NCBI GenBank assembly: GCA_964035545.1
Contig: OZ037772.1
Span: 4,282,233 to 4,346,232 of the forward strand
DNA: 64,000 nucleotides
Source of the DNA: Bugula neritina
Lineage: Eukaryota > Animalia > Bryozoa
Direction: 5' to 3'
Shown: in pieces, positions 11,870-26,600 of the stretch
Layout of the letters: every line of letters begins with the position of its first letter
Numbering within the stretch: position 1 is the stretch's first letter
The notes under the pieces: model-generated
Told to the model about the DNA's origin: nothing
What the model saw: only the letters and a program-made list of their open reading frames with translations
The model's database searches: none
Position numbers and translations under genes: made by a program

Positions 11870-12051
11870 CTACAATAAGCACATCTGATATGATCCTTCC
11901 TACCACCGATGTCAGTCTTCAAACATCTCATGCAGTACACATGGAGACAGGGCAGAGTTCTGGGATCTTCAAGTTTGTTGAAGTACTGCAAGCAGTACCC
12001 ACAGCGATACGAATTGTTTAGTCTTTTTTTCACAACTCTGGATTCTGCCAT
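11870..12051 (-). CDS. TRIM-like gene copy A, first coding exon (RING-HC finger); no other coding exons in the window
   Basis: MAESRVVKKRLNNSYRCGYC...PCLHVYCMRC...CAYCR (C3HC4). Acceptor ttacag ending at 12075; phase-2 donor AG|GTGAGT. Same 182-nt length as copies B and C. Confidence 0.85.
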
Positions 12052-13505
12052 CTTGGTTATTTGATAAGGAGATCCTGTAAAATACACATACTCCTAGCAT
12101 AATATTTTACACTACATCTGTGAAGGTTTCCAAATCAAAGACTGACCTATTAAGTTCTAAGTCTAAACCAGACCATTAACAATAAATCATACAAAATAAA
12201 GACATGAAAAATAATGTTAAACAAAGGCAGTTAATAACACTGGTATACATGATAGTCAGCTACAACATGCTGAGCTCACAGCTTCAACTGTCTAACAAAG
12301 GCTGTATTGTTTCCATTGTCATCACTGAATAGGTTTTTGCTGGTGAATCAAACTCCATATACAATAAATATGAAGCAATGTGGTGTGCTTCAGTGACGCT
12401 TTTATTCTACTTCTATTGAACATCACTAATCAAGTGTCTCCAATATGTAGAAGAGAAGTGAAGCACAATACCGGTGAGTTATGTATTACATGTATGAACA
12501 ATTAAACAGCAGAATTGGGCTCAGCTGCTTATCCCCTCATTCAGTGTTATGTATTACTCTGTATGACAAACAGCACTCACTTTCAGCAGCTTACAGTAAT
12601 TAGGCCTAAAGTGATTTAAACTCATAATACACTCCTTAATAAACTTATTTTATAAGCATCCTGTAATCAGTTTATTTCTGTATGTACTCATATTCTAGTA
12701 GCCTTATATATACTATATTCATATTCAAGTTATATTCCACAACACTATAATTGTTTATTCTTATTTCACCTTGAGATACAAAGCCACTCTGCATTTGTAT
12801 AAACTATAACTTGGGGTTCAATTTGTCATACTATTATATATAAACTAATAAATGTGCATGATGTCTGTGTAACTTTTAGGTATATTATAATCTATACTAA
12901 ACAACCAACTTTGAAAATTTTCTTGCAAATATTTGAACCTCTGTTTATCTATTATAGCCAATGAAGACTCAACCAAAAGCAATACAGGTGCTGATAATTA
13001 CTAAAATATGTTGTGTAATGCTCAAAACTCTTCTGCATTAAAGAAATAATATATTTGAAGAATAATTTGTTTGATCAACAAGCATAAGATTTTCCAATGA
13101 AGACTCAAGTGATCCTAGAGATGAGTACCTTGGGAAAATCAGCTAAATAAGATGATTAAACTGAATAGTTATGCAATTATCATTATGATGTTAGAAAAAA
13201 CTTGACAAATGGTGGCTCACTTCACAGTATACATAATAGATGCAGTCTTTATGCCCCAGAATATGTAGAATATGTACAATAACTTGTGTTATATATCTTT
13301 AGCATACATTCACAAAATGCATCAAGTAAAAACTCTTATGTTTGATTAATAAACATAAGATATTCCCTTGAAGACACAAATGATGTAGAGATGAGTACCT
13401 TGGGAAAATTAACTAAATAAGATAATGTACTGAATAGTTATGTAATTACCACATCATCAGCCATTACATTAATATGAACACTTATAATGTGGTTATATTA
13501 CTCAC

Positions 13506-13620
13506 CTCAAATGTTGAACTGATATTTATTACTTTATATGTTGTCAAGAGCTGCTGGGAGACTTTGTACACAGTAAGCTGGATGACTGTCAAATGATGAC
13601 TACTCAGTCATATGACCTGC
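13506..13620 (-). promoter_or_regulatory. Putative promoter / non-coding first exon of copy A
   Basis: Block conserved with 38350-38460 and 59070-59184, ending in a GAG|GTGAGT donor. Confidence 0.55.
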
Positions 13621-14016
13621 ATTTATTTAGGTATAGAAATTGATTATAGAACCTGAATATTGTGTTTTACATTCCTTACCTGAAAAATCAATTTAACTAG
13701 CATTCACAGCAGATATTTTCAATAACCATTCTACTGTTATTCAATGCAGGATAAACAAAAGAAACCTATATACATGTGAATAACATCTTGTTAGTAACAC
13801 AATATTTCTATAGAGTCTATATAATGATGTATATGAGTATAATGAGTTTGATGTTTTACATTCCACTTATTCATCAGATGGAAGGATTTAAACAATCAAT
13901 TAAAATAGCATATTCACAGTGGAGACTTGGAATACTGATATTCGATGGGGAATAAACAAAAGAGATTACTTCAAGTAAATAGCATTAACTTAGTAATACA
14001 ATATGAGTTGATATTC

Positions 14017-14877
14017 TATATGAGTATATGAGTATATGAGTATATCATGAGTATATCATGAGTATATATAAGTATATATGAGTATATATATGAGTATATG
14101 AGTATATGAGTATATATGAGTATATATGAGTATATATGAGTATATATGAGTATATATGAGTATATGAGTATATGAGTATATGAGTATATATGAGTATATG
14201 AGTATATGAGTATATGTGTATATATGAGTATATGAGTATATATGAGTATGTGAGTATATGTGTATATGAGTATATGAGTATATGAGTATATATATGAGTA
14301 TATGAGTATATGAGTATATGAGTATATATGAGTATATATGAGTATATGAGTATATGAGTATATGAGTATATGAGTATATGAGTATATGAGTATATGAGTA
14401 TATGAGTATATGAGTATATGAGTATATATTAGTATATGAGTATATGAGTATATGAGTATATGAGTATATGAGTATATATAAGTATATATGTGTATATGAG
14501 TATATGAGTATATGAGTATATATATGAGTATATGAGTATATGAGTATATGAGTATATATGAGTATATGAGTATATGAGTATATATAAGTATATATGTGTA
14601 TATGTGTATATGAGTATATGAGTATATATATGAGTATATGAGTATATATGGGTATATATGAGTATATGAGTATATACATATGAGTATATGAGTATATGAG
14701 TATATGAGTATATATATGAGTATATGAGTATATATAAGTATATATGAGTATATATGAGTATATGAGTATATGAGTATATGAGTATATGAGTATATGAGTA
14801 TATGAGTATATATGAGTATATGAGTATATATAAGTATATATGAGTATATATGAGTATATGAGTATATATATGAGTAT
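14017..14877. repeat. (ATATGAGT)n 8-bp satellite with TA slippage variants
   Basis: About 860 bp tandem array. Confidence 0.97.
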
Positions 14878-14924
14878 GATGTTAGAAAGACTAGGCTCTC
14901 TTTACATGTATATATACATAATAT

Positions 14925-15481
14925 TGTGGTAAATATTAAGAGTTATCCCCCTTGACACTTTACTTATGGCTATTTTTCTAAATACTGTAATCATAGCTAA
15001 TTATGTAGCGTAACTTTCTAATACCTTAAACACTATGGCTAATGTTGAGCTTTTAACATAGTAAATAGTTAATCCCCTTTCCCCCAATTACAAGTTACAA
15101 TACGCATACACTTGGTTGGGTTCATTTTTGTTGATTCATGTAAACCGACAGTTGGACCGATTTCGGCAGGTGGATGCAGGCAGACCGAATGTCGGTTGCC
15201 GATATTTCCAGTGTCGGTTGCCGACATGACGAATGGCGGTATCTCCTGCCGAACATCGGCCCGCTGTCGGTGGAAGGTTCTAGAGGTCCTTTGTTCTACC
15301 AGTATAAAAGGACACGCATTTTAGAGCTTCAGTCACTTGCGGACTGGAGCTCACACTGGATACTTCTCACTGCTACAATAAAGTACTGCAAGCACACGGC
15401 AACCTCTCTCTCTTGTCTCTTCTATAACAAGGAGTTATGTTCTCTGCCTGATTTCATTCTATCACCCACAAAACTACTACA
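14925..15481 (+). mobile_element. Solo LTR (Gypsy-like)
   Basis: tgtggta...tactaca ends, 4-bp TSD atat, TATAAAA at ~15303, AATAAA at ~15377. The rejoined flanks resemble 13185-13320. Confidence 0.7.
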
Positions 15482-18400
15482 ATATAACTTGTGTTACTTC
15501 TTTAGCGTACATTCACAAAATGCTCCTAATTAAGACGGCATGCTAAATTCAGTGGAAGGATTCCGGGATATTTAAAGAAGAAATAACAAATAAACGAAAA
15601 AAATGACAAAAACATTACAATAGCATGGCAACCACTATATGGCTTCTTCTTATTCAATATAATCTTGAAATGTTTCATCTAACCTATATCTTCATTACAT
15701 ACTTCACAGCAAGTCAATTAACAATCTTCAAGATGAAAAATTTAATTTTAATTTTGCTGCCAACATATGCCTTTACATCCTATGAAAGCTTTTGCGGTGG
15801 TTATGTGTTAACATAAACTATATTTCAGTCTAAAAATATACAGCTGCAAAGCTTGATTATCATAAGTGAGAAAGTTATTTTGCATTCAGCATGTTCTATA
15901 AGTAGAACTGTAGCTGTATATATGAAGGAAAATCGACACTAGACATTGACTTTTCTCAATGCCATTCTATGAAAAAAGTGTTAGATAATTATATGTTCAT
16001 TTACTACAGCTATATACCCACACTTCCCTTGTTATTATGATCAGCTTAGCTTTTTACCTGGTAATGAGCAGTATATAATCCTAAGTTTCATCTCACCATA
16101 TCTAGCTTATCTGGGGTTATGAGTCTACTGCATCTACAATATTATCAATAAATACTGCATGAATGTAACACAGATAACCGGTGCCAACAGCTGGGAATAA
16201 ATAAAAAAGTTTTCTGGGTTTTTAATTAAATTATCTAGATCTATATGTGTTTATTTGAGCACAATTGGTATACAATATCGCAATAAATATATATGATAGC
16301 TTCTGAATGATGTCTGAAAATTAATCACTATATTTTGAAGTTTATATGCTTTCTTTCACTGTTCTCTAAATAATTTCATTTACTCGCAGGCATGCCATTT
16401 AAACAAATATTTTAAAAGCATAAACCTACTGTGTTTGACATTTTTGTATCGGATATTGTTTGATGTTACAAATTTAATCTGCCTATTCTAATGCATATAT
16501 AATATATTTACATTCAGAATAATACTGTTGATAAAAATACTTATAGTGAAATAAGCTAGTTATTCTTATAGTATAAATTTGTAAGTATGATTACTGGAAC
16601 ATGTGTTAATACAGATGAGCAAGTTTTTTCATAAATTACAGGCATGCGTTTCATTCAATTTTCGGTGGAAATGGCACTGGTATATATATATATATAATTG
16701 TTACGCAGTAAAAACTGCACATGCGGGTATAATGGCACAAATGGTAGAGTAGGTAGAAATGGCACACTGATGTTAGATTTTTCTAGATCCCAGACCCCAA
16801 TCCCATCAGTGTGCCAGCACAGTAACTCTTGAATTATGTTTATTGTAGATGGAATGTACTTTTTGAGAAATAGTATGTTGGAGTTATCTTCAATTGCTTA
16901 AGTAACAAGCAAGTATTTCTGTATTTAACTAGATTATATAGACAATATATAGGAATAAGAATATACTAGTTGTAGGCCGCTATAGTCATATATAATAATG
17001 GTGGATACTTGCCAAATAATAGTCTGATACTTGTATATTGTTATTATAACATTACAATAGTCCAAGTGGAGATAACCACTAATGGGTTTTGTTACTGTAC
17101 CTGCCAGACCAGTTGTCACTTAGTTGACATGTATACAGCAGGTGACTCCCATGACTTGATAGTGACAAACAGTGTATATATAATATACATATGCCAAAAA
17201 TTTGCTAAAAATTGAAAAAACAGCATAAATCAAGTAGTATTAGTTATATATGCCTATTTGCACCCAATTCACTAGTCGTACATTTATAGCAATTGTAATG
17301 TATTTTGTGTAAAATAGTTTTTGCAAGCATTATTCTATCCATATTCGCATTGTAATTACAGCAAAACCTAAACTCTATAATTAATTTATTTATTTAATTT
17401 TATTTGCAAAAAAATGTGTTTCAAATCTATGCTAATAAACAAAAATAAAAAAATAATAAAATAACGAAAGTGGCAAAATTTTTCCTTTATTACTTATACA
17501 AAATAGCGGCACAAAATGTGGCATAATGATGTCCCCATGCCTTAAAGCCGTAGAACATTATACAACTCATAGTATATAATATATAGGTATAATATATGGA
17601 TGTATTGCATGTAGTGCTTCAGTTAGATTATTATATATTTTTATGTGTTTGTATATCTATAGCCAGTCAGTCCAGTGACTAACATACTTCCCCCTGACAC
17701 ATCTCTGACCCGTTATTGAAAGAATTCTATATAACACAGAGTTGATGTGTAATTGTTTTGGCATCTGTCCAACTTCTTCTAAAGTCAAGTAGCAGTTTTG
17801 TATATAGAGATGGTCTAAGTTTTTAGCAGTAAACATTGTGTGGGTACTTCAACTAGCTGCCGTAACTGATTCAATTGCTGCCACTAAGCTGTAGAACTGA
17901 GGCTACCACACTGATATCATGCTGTGCCAATTAAAATGTGATATAATGTAAACTAATAGCAACTGTGGATGGAATTTCTTTATGTATTCTAATGTGAATT
18001 TATATCAAAACTGTGCCAAATTGTGAACCAATCAAAGAGCAGTAATTGTATTGGTCTTGTAAATAAGTTGTATTGTCTGAATTATTGTGGTAAACACAAT
18101 TCCTTTAGGCTACCAACTTCTCTTTGCTATCATTAGCTTTCCTATTGTTTGCTTCCCTTATTGTGTCTTGAAAGTCGATTTATATTGTTTTGTTAAATTT
18201 CCTTTTTATTTTCTTTTCATTCAGGAAAAACAACTATTCAACCAGATAGTAGCTCATACCTGATATACTGTTTACACTTACATATTACATATAATATTTT
18301 GTTTTATTGGATGTTTTGTTAGTGAATCCATCATCTCCTAGCTCAAATATAGGTTAAAATTTGTAAGCTACCATGCTATTTATGTGCTATACATCATATT

Positions 18401-20451
18401 GGCAGTTGTCTTAATCCCACAGCTTTTCATTTTTTATATGATACTAATAATAATGTCAATTTCTTAGGATGTAATTATGATAGTTTACAATAAAACACAA
18501 AATCAGTAACAAAACCCATGCTGTTTTACCAATACTGGTATACAGTGATGAGTTTAACCTGTAACTTCTAATTATAAAAAAAGTACTACAAAATACAATG
18601 AATAATTTTTCATGACAAGTGCATCATTATCAATTATCTTAACCTTTTCAAATGGCTTTATATATGCATGTTTTTGAAGAGTGGGGTAACCATGGAAACT
18701 ATCTGTACAGCATACTATCAAACAGAACTAATTGGTAAAGCATCTATCATATTATATAGAATATAGCTCATCTTCTTTTGGAATTGTCTCGCTTTAGTAG
18801 CGCGTGTGTTAATTTTATAAATTGAATAAAATGAGTGTAATGAATTGATTAGAGTTATGCTCGTCAGATCTTATCACTGAGGAATGTGAATTATACAGAG
18901 TAGTTGAGATGATGTTATTTGTATATGAAAGAGAGTCAGTATTGTGTTTCCTTCTCTCTTGTGTTTAGTGAAACATTCCAGTTCATATGAATACATTAAA
19001 GGGAGATGTTTTCACTTATAAGGAATGTTTCGCGTAAATATGAAATTTGAGATAATCATTCTCCTCATGTGATATAATGCAGTCTAGATTTATATTGACT
19101 ATTTCTACAATATGCAGGGTGGGTCACCTGACAGCCCACAACTATCTACACTACAACATAGCTTTTCAAACCCTGCTAATCCCTTCAGTTCTCTGTGAAA
19201 TCTCATCAAATATTTGCAGTACAGGGATGAGATTATATTTAAAAAACAGGTCAAGACATATGCTAATATTATGCCACAAAGCTAGAATATATGCACCTTT
19301 TGCGTATATAGAGAGAGGATATGTGTTAGAGGCTTAGGCTAATAAAAGGCTGAGTCCAATTTAAGCCTTACTTTTCACAAGTAATAAACACACAGCATAA
19401 ACTCCTATGTATACTTATAGATATAACTTTACTTTATAGGTAGAGCTCAAGTCCAACTGTCTTGTGGGTGGAAGGGGGCAGTTGATCCCATTTATACTAT
19501 ATGATTTAGGATTGTCACATGGTTGGTTCATTATAAACGCACAGGCAATGATTAAATAGGAACTGTATTAACTTTTTCTATAGTTGAGATAACCCATGTC
19601 ATTCTGGTGACTTAGCAGAAGTAAGATAAAGTAAGAAGTTTGTACGTTATGTTTGGGCACGTGTAGTGTCATGACAAGTAGAACAGGATAGTATGAGTAG
19701 TGTACAAGATACTACTAGTGTTACTTGATCACAGGCTAAGCCATGGGGAGACAACAATACTTGTAGCTAAATTTCACAACAAAATAGCTTATATTAACAT
19801 GTTCTTTTATTTAAACTTTAAAGTGAAACTAAGCTGCATTCCAATAAGATGCATATTATACTCCTCCCACAACCAGTATATATATATGTATACTTCTATA
19901 GCAAAAACATAAACCAATGAACTAAAATTTATAGTTATAGTTCAATGGCATAAACTTTGCAAACAAAATCTAAGCTAAATTTAAATAAATAAGGCTATGA
20001 TTGAACAGTTGAGGGACTAAAACGATTCTCCTAATATCCTAATGATTGCTCAAGCTATATCCTTATTCACTGAATTAAATGTTATTGACGAAAGAATGTC
20101 ACGTGACACTGTCAACTAGCGTGTCAACATCACCTTCACAGTTCCTACATTCTATAGTCAGTAGCCATTAGAGCTGAAAGTGTAACTAGCAGGTTAGTAC
20201 CCAGTTTATTGTAGTATCACATGCATTATATTAGATTTGCAAGAATTTTCTGAATTTTTGAACAAGTTCTGTACGACTATGCATGATTCTCACTTCCAAC
20301 AATATAACATAAAGCAAAGTGAAAAAGTAGAGATTAATCTTAGATTTCAGATTCTTTTAGTACAGAGCTGTGAGTTTGTCTCTAATATATATCATATCAT
20401 CAAAAAACTTATATAAACGCGGTTTTTTAGAGTTCTTAATTCAAAATCAAA

Positions 20452-20633
20452 ATGGCAGACTCGAAGGTAGTGAAAAAAAGAATAAATAACTCCTATAGAT
20501 GTGGGTATTGCCTACATTACTTTAATGAACTGGAAGATCCTAGAACTCTGCCCTGCTTACATGTCTTCTGTATAAAATGTCTCAAAACAGACATAGGCTA
20601 CAAAAAGACTCACATTGATTGTGCGTACTGCAG
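20452..20633 (+). CDS. Copy B exon 1: RING-HC finger
   Basis: CGYC...PCLHVFCIKC...CAYC; donor AG|GTAAGT. Confidence 0.88.
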
Positions 20634-23600
20634 GTAAGTTGCGCTGATGAACGTGATATTTTTCATATGCGAGAGCATATTATTATTAATTTTACTCTCT
20701 ATAAGCAGTCATAGTGACTGCAGTCACTATGAATGCTAGAAAGTAATATAAATAACAATATGTGTTTATGTATTTATTTTTAAACCTTCAGCCCTGTATT
20801 TTCACGCAAACCCTGGTTACAAGCTTTTTGGTCATCAGGATAGTCTCTCATGACAAAAATTGAAATTTCTCAACTATCGTTCTTTTTACCTTACTGACTA
20901 ATAATTAATTTTAGGAAAGGATACTATGACATAACAGATCCCACAACACTACCAGTAGCTCAGCATGGAGACCCCTTACAATACGAAGCGCCTCCAAGAC
21001 CTGCACCCATTCCCTGCGATGTGTGTAAAGGTGGAACAGAAGCTGCTGTGTTCTGTGTAGAGGTTCAAAAAAGGTTGTGTCAGCAGCATCAAGAAGTGAG
21101 TCTTTCTTGTATAATTTCTCAAGATTAGTTACTAAACCAGTTCTAGTTTGTATGTAGAATATTATTGAAAGAAATGTTGAGTCTGTGTGACTTTTTATAC
21201 TAAACACACAGTTTCACAGTGCAGTGAGTCAACTATGACAGACTTGTTGGTGAAAATACAACCAACTAAACTGTTGACCTTTATTATACAGAATCACAGA
21301 GAGCTGATGGGAGATAGGCATCAGTTTATTGACATTGAGGTCTACAGAGCTTCTCCCCAAAGATATACTATAACTGAATGTGAACATCATAAACAGGAAC
21401 AGCTGACAGAAGTGTGTTCCAAGTGTCACCAGATATTCTGTATGAGATGTGATATGAGGACTGGCTGTCAACAGAAGACAGGTATTTACTTGGTGTATCT
21501 CTTCATATGAAAAGGATAGGATATAGTTAACATAATATAGCATTCTCACTGAGACTATCATAAATTTAGCTCACAATCAAGTTTAAGTTCTTGCTATGCT
21601 AATGTCATGTCGGTGCATGGCATGCGGGTTGCCTACTTGTGATTGTTTGGCTGAAATTACACCATGACCAATAAGCAGCTGCGGTCTCAATTAGGGCTAA
21701 ATCATCTATCAACAATCAATTATGGCTACTCATATATAACAAATATAACACAAAATACACATCACGCTGTTCACTAGCCTGTCAACTATATAGCAAGCCT
21801 AGCTGTAATAAATAATGTATGCATCAGTATCTTTTCATGTTCACTGAAGCGCGAAGTGCTATACGCATTGGTGATTGCTAAGAAAAGTATCACACTTTCA
21901 GTGTATAAATCACTAATTTATAAAAAATCTATAAAAGCTGTTGAACAAAATAAAAATTCTAGCTCTGCTATGTTTTCTCGCTAAAACTATACTGAGCTGT
22001 GTTGTAATGTTATGTAATTTGCAGTTATCTTCTCTTATTATAATTACATGTTATATACTTTGTAATTGTGTTCTCCTGTTCTTTATATCAACGATTCATT
22101 ATAAATCAGTTTTTACAGTAATGGGTTTTACGTGCTAGATGTACTGAATAAATATTAAGAATAATAAACAATTCTGTTTTGTTATAAACAGATCAAACAT
22201 TAGCATAAACCTATATAATAATATACTTAAAACAAGCTTGACAGAAAAACTAATTTTTCGAAAAAATTAGTCAAAATAGAAAGTTTTTTGCATGTTTATA
22301 ACTTTGCAAAAAAGAACAAAATTGGAAATTCCACAAAAATTGCTCTGGGGAACAGGAAGATGTAAGAATTTTAATTCTAGCACAATTAGGTGAGGTTTTA
22401 TTTGACAAACCAAATTCTACTACACTAATAAGGCAGCCTCAGCAAAGCAGCTGAAAGGTTTCCCTAATCTATCGTGCATGTTTTATTGTTTTTGTTTACA
22501 TAAAACTGAGACCATATAAATACTGAAATAATGTAGTTTTCTCCACTCAAAGGTAGAAACAAAGTAGAAGATTCTGAAGTAAACAGGCTCTTTTCAAGTA
22601 GCCAAGTTACAACTAAATTTTTTTTTCTTCCTGCCAGGCATTTAGTTGGGTTACAATATAAAGAGCAAACTCAGTAAAAGTTTAACATTTGACATCTACA
22701 TAAAATCCCAACAATGCTCTAGAATTGTTCTTTTATGAGATAATATTTTGGCATAAGCACATATATTGGCATTTTTATAGATAATATTTTAAAAGATTTG
22801 TTCTTAACAAACTTGAAAAAATACTTCAAAGCTTTTTGTGGTTTTGATTAATAAGCAATGCTGAAGCTGACTGCTGTGATATAAATCCCACTACGTAATT
22901 ATTTGTTGTGCTGACTGTCATCACTCTATTTAAAGCTGTTGACCTTTCAATTCTTTGAATATTAACATAGTCGTTGTATACAAATACACAGCTGAGGGAG
23001 CAGCGTGATCTAGGGGTTAGAGTGTTTGCTTTGTGAACACTAAGTTATTGGTTCAAACCCGGCAAAGGCCAACGGTGATGCTAGGAAGAGCATCCAGTCA
23101 TAATTGCTCCTGTGCCTCACCTAAATAAGTCCTTAGCCCTATTTAACAAAAACTCCTTTCATCAGGGGTTTCTCACAGGGATAGCAACTATAAACTTGCG
23201 TGAGTGTATAATACAGAGAGAGCTGCATGGCTATTGTAAACAGTGAGCCATGGCTCACTGTAGCTGCAGCTCTGTATTGGTAAAATCTAAATGATTCGAT
23301 TTGTTGGCTACGACACATGCCTCTGGTTTACGAAGGCATTAGCTCATTTGTATTAGTATGTTCAAGTTGCTTGCTTGTGTGAACCGGTTTGGCAGACCCT
23401 TGGTGGGAGGAGTGCAGGTGGTATGCGGCTGTAGTGTACTTGGGCGCTCCCGGGCTACAGTTTGCTGCAGAGTGAACTGTAGGGAAATCTTCGACTTAAG
23501 AGTGGTGGAGGAGGCACTGGGATGCGTCCAGCTCACCAACAGCCTGAATAGGCGAGATGAGCGGGGGGAGGGGAGTTCCTGGTACAGTGTGTGAACCCTT

Positions 23601-26600
23601 TCACGGAGCCGGTAGAATTGCTGGCTGGTTCACTAGTAGGGAAGTTCCACTTCGTACAGGTAGAGGATGTTGGGCCTGCCCTGGGGACGGCGGCGACCTG
23701 TGGCGTACCCACTAGAAAAAGCAGGGAGCCGGTGCCTGAACACTTGGTAGATTTGTCCGAGGATGACTATGCTGGCTGTGAGAGTAAGTGGGAACACCTG
23801 TTAGTGGCGCAGCTACTCTTTAAGTAGAAAGATGTGTTCAGTTGCGGCAATTATGACATAGGCCTCGCCAAGGCTGTCTGTCATGAGATACCTCTGGCGG
23901 CAGGAACAGTGCCTATTAGGCAGCCGGCTCGCTGGCTATGTCCTGAGAAAGAAAAGGAAGTGGGCCAACAGATGCAAGACCTTCTGAACCGGGACTTGAT
24001 TGAGCCAGCCCATAGTGCTTGGAGCTCTCCAGTTGTCCTGGTCTGGAAAAAGAATGGGAGCTGGGTAATTTGCATGGATTATTGCAAACTGAACAGCGTG
24101 ACCATTTAGGACGCTTACCCTCTTCCTAGGATCCATGAGTTGCTAGACGCCTAATCTGGTAGAAAGTTTTTTAGTATGCTGGACTTGCTGAGCGGGTATT
24201 AGCAGGTGCCCCTGAGTCCTGATGCACAGGACAAGGCCGCGTTTATTACGCGAGACAGGCTCTGAAAGTGGAAGATGTCCTGACACCACCGTCACGCAGT
24301 CACCATCTTTTCTTACTCGTTTACCTGACACTAGATTCTTGGTGGACTGTCACTGCAGAACTGGTGGCTGTCCTGGCGGATGGTGTTGCTCGCTTTTTAC
24401 TGTAAACATCTTCATGGGAATGTGACTAAAGACTACGATGATCGACATTAATACATAAAATTATAACTAAAAATCCGTAATTTTAATAATATACTCCATG
24501 AACAATCTAATAGTAACAATAATGGATAGTTATTGTCCTACTCATCGTTTATTGACACTTTGAGTTGTCACTTCCACAGTGACCTGTTGATGCTTGACTT
24601 TGACCAGATAAGTGATTCGATATCACTAATAATTCCGGTACCAGACATAGCAGCCCTTCCCTTTCTTCACTGGAGTCTCACACTCGTCACGTAGGACAGT
24701 TCCGATATCAGAACACTTTTCTTTTGTCAATTGGCTGTGAGTCCCAGCCCTTTGGTGGAGCAGCCAGCAGTGCAGCCGACTATATTCAAGCTGCCCTGTC
24801 ATGTGATTTGACATTCTTCTTCATGTTTTGTGTGCAAGAAATCACATTGGTACTTGTACCTTGCACTACCTGTTGTATAATTTACATTACTTGCTTTGTA
24901 TTATACGTATATTCTACTATGCATCGTTTTGCTGCAGCATTTTTGTTTTTTGTGTTATATATATGCATTATTGTATGTTTTATTTCATGGCTTTCTTTTT
25001 GTCAGTCTACAACCCACAAATTACGCGCCGGCAAATGGTTGCCAAACTACTATCGTCCGACATCTCGTATGGAGCCTTCTCCTCTGTATTTCTCCCTTCC
25101 TGATGGATATCTCAAGCCTTAGCTCCCACGGTGACTTTTCCATATTCGGGTTTGGTTGCCCCCCTTCAGGGATAAACCCAGACATTGTGCCATTAGGTAT
25201 ATTTTGATAGTAGATTATAGAGACCACGAAGTTCCGTAGTTTACATTCATCATCTGCACAAAATATCCTGTATCCGGCAGAATCGAGCCTGAGGAACTAT
25301 TATCCAATATATCCCTCCCATATCACACAGATAACTTCGATAGTGGGAGATACTCATCACAATCAGTCTAGATTCTTGGCGTGTTCCCTTACATTATTAT
25401 CATATTCTTTATTTATAATTGTTGTTTTTATCTTCCTTGTACTATTTCTGTTTTATGCTGTTTCTTTCTTTTGGTTTTGATTGTAACATTACAGAGTGTG
25501 CCTTTCGATAGGTCAAGGCAGTGTAAGAGTTGTGTAAGGAGTTGTCTTTGTGTATCAAAAGGACAACTCTCCTGTTACTTCCCTGCATCATAATATGTAG
25601 TGTCCATCATCTACTCCGCCTGCTCGCAATGACCTATACTAAGCTACTAACATACCCTATGGACAATGAGAGGAGCTTAGTAGGCAGGACTATAAGTTAA
25701 TCAGCTGATAGCTATTGCGCTTGGATAACCGGCAGTCAGGCAGTAGATTAGCTAGTAATAAGTTGTGTACGCTCTGTCTGTAATTATGTAACGTGTTTAT
25801 CTGTTAGTATATTATGGTTTTACTTTGTAATAAATAAATGCATAACAATCTACTTCAACTTGGCAGTTCTGCATTATTTTAAATACCCAGCAATTAGTGA
25901 ATGCACAGTTTCACAACACTATTTTAGCAACTCTTTTGGCTTAATTGCTGGATAGATTTGGAGAAAATTGTTATTCACAAAGTTCAGTTTGTCAGCCCAC
26001 ACCTGGATGTATTCTTAATCTTCAACTTCCTTTGTTTCCTTCATGAGGTGTTTCTGTTGCTTTCTGAAACTCGATGTTTCCAAGTGAAGGGAATAAAAGG
26101 ATACAACTTGGTGACATCTTTCTAGAATGTTCTTTTGTATACAAGTCATGTTAGTAAAGTTTGAGGTATGACTAACTCTGAGAACAATACTAAAAGGTGA
26201 TAGGCATTCAAGTTATTCATTACATTTTAGCAAAATTTTGCATGTTTTTCAACTGTTCCAAAGTCTGCTATGTTCATTTGTAACTTTCTTAACTTTATCA
26301 ACCTAGTACTTTTTCAATCTTTCAATTAGATGCTATCAAAATTCTCATGACTAGTTTATCTGCTATCTCATGCTATACTATATTACCTTCTATATGTTGA
26401 GAAAACTCGCATAGCAAAGTATGCCAAAACAGATTTCGTAATACCAATGTTTTCCCTATACGCTGGAGTGTTGTAGATGACTACAGCGTGATCAGACTAT
26501 AAAACTTAACTAAAGACGAATGTGTACCAACTCTAAAACATCACCATTATAACTTACATAAAACTCTCCATTTGAAATGTAAATGCATTGCTAAAAATAA

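Noticed and set aside
14056-14679. 207-aa YSYTHILI ORF
   Set aside because: Translation of the 8-bp satellite.
16660-16820. Repeated aaatggcac motifs resembling a MITE/Helentron end
   Set aside because: Could not define boundaries or a second copy.
22997-23075. tRNA gene
   Set aside because: A/B boxes are present but there is no intact cloverleaf, and it continues into a SINE-like body.
24724-25593. Hydrophobic ORFs as possible env or membrane proteins (also 45603-45980)
   Set aside because: T-rich 3' non-coding region of Gypsy elements; frames are not conserved between the two copies.
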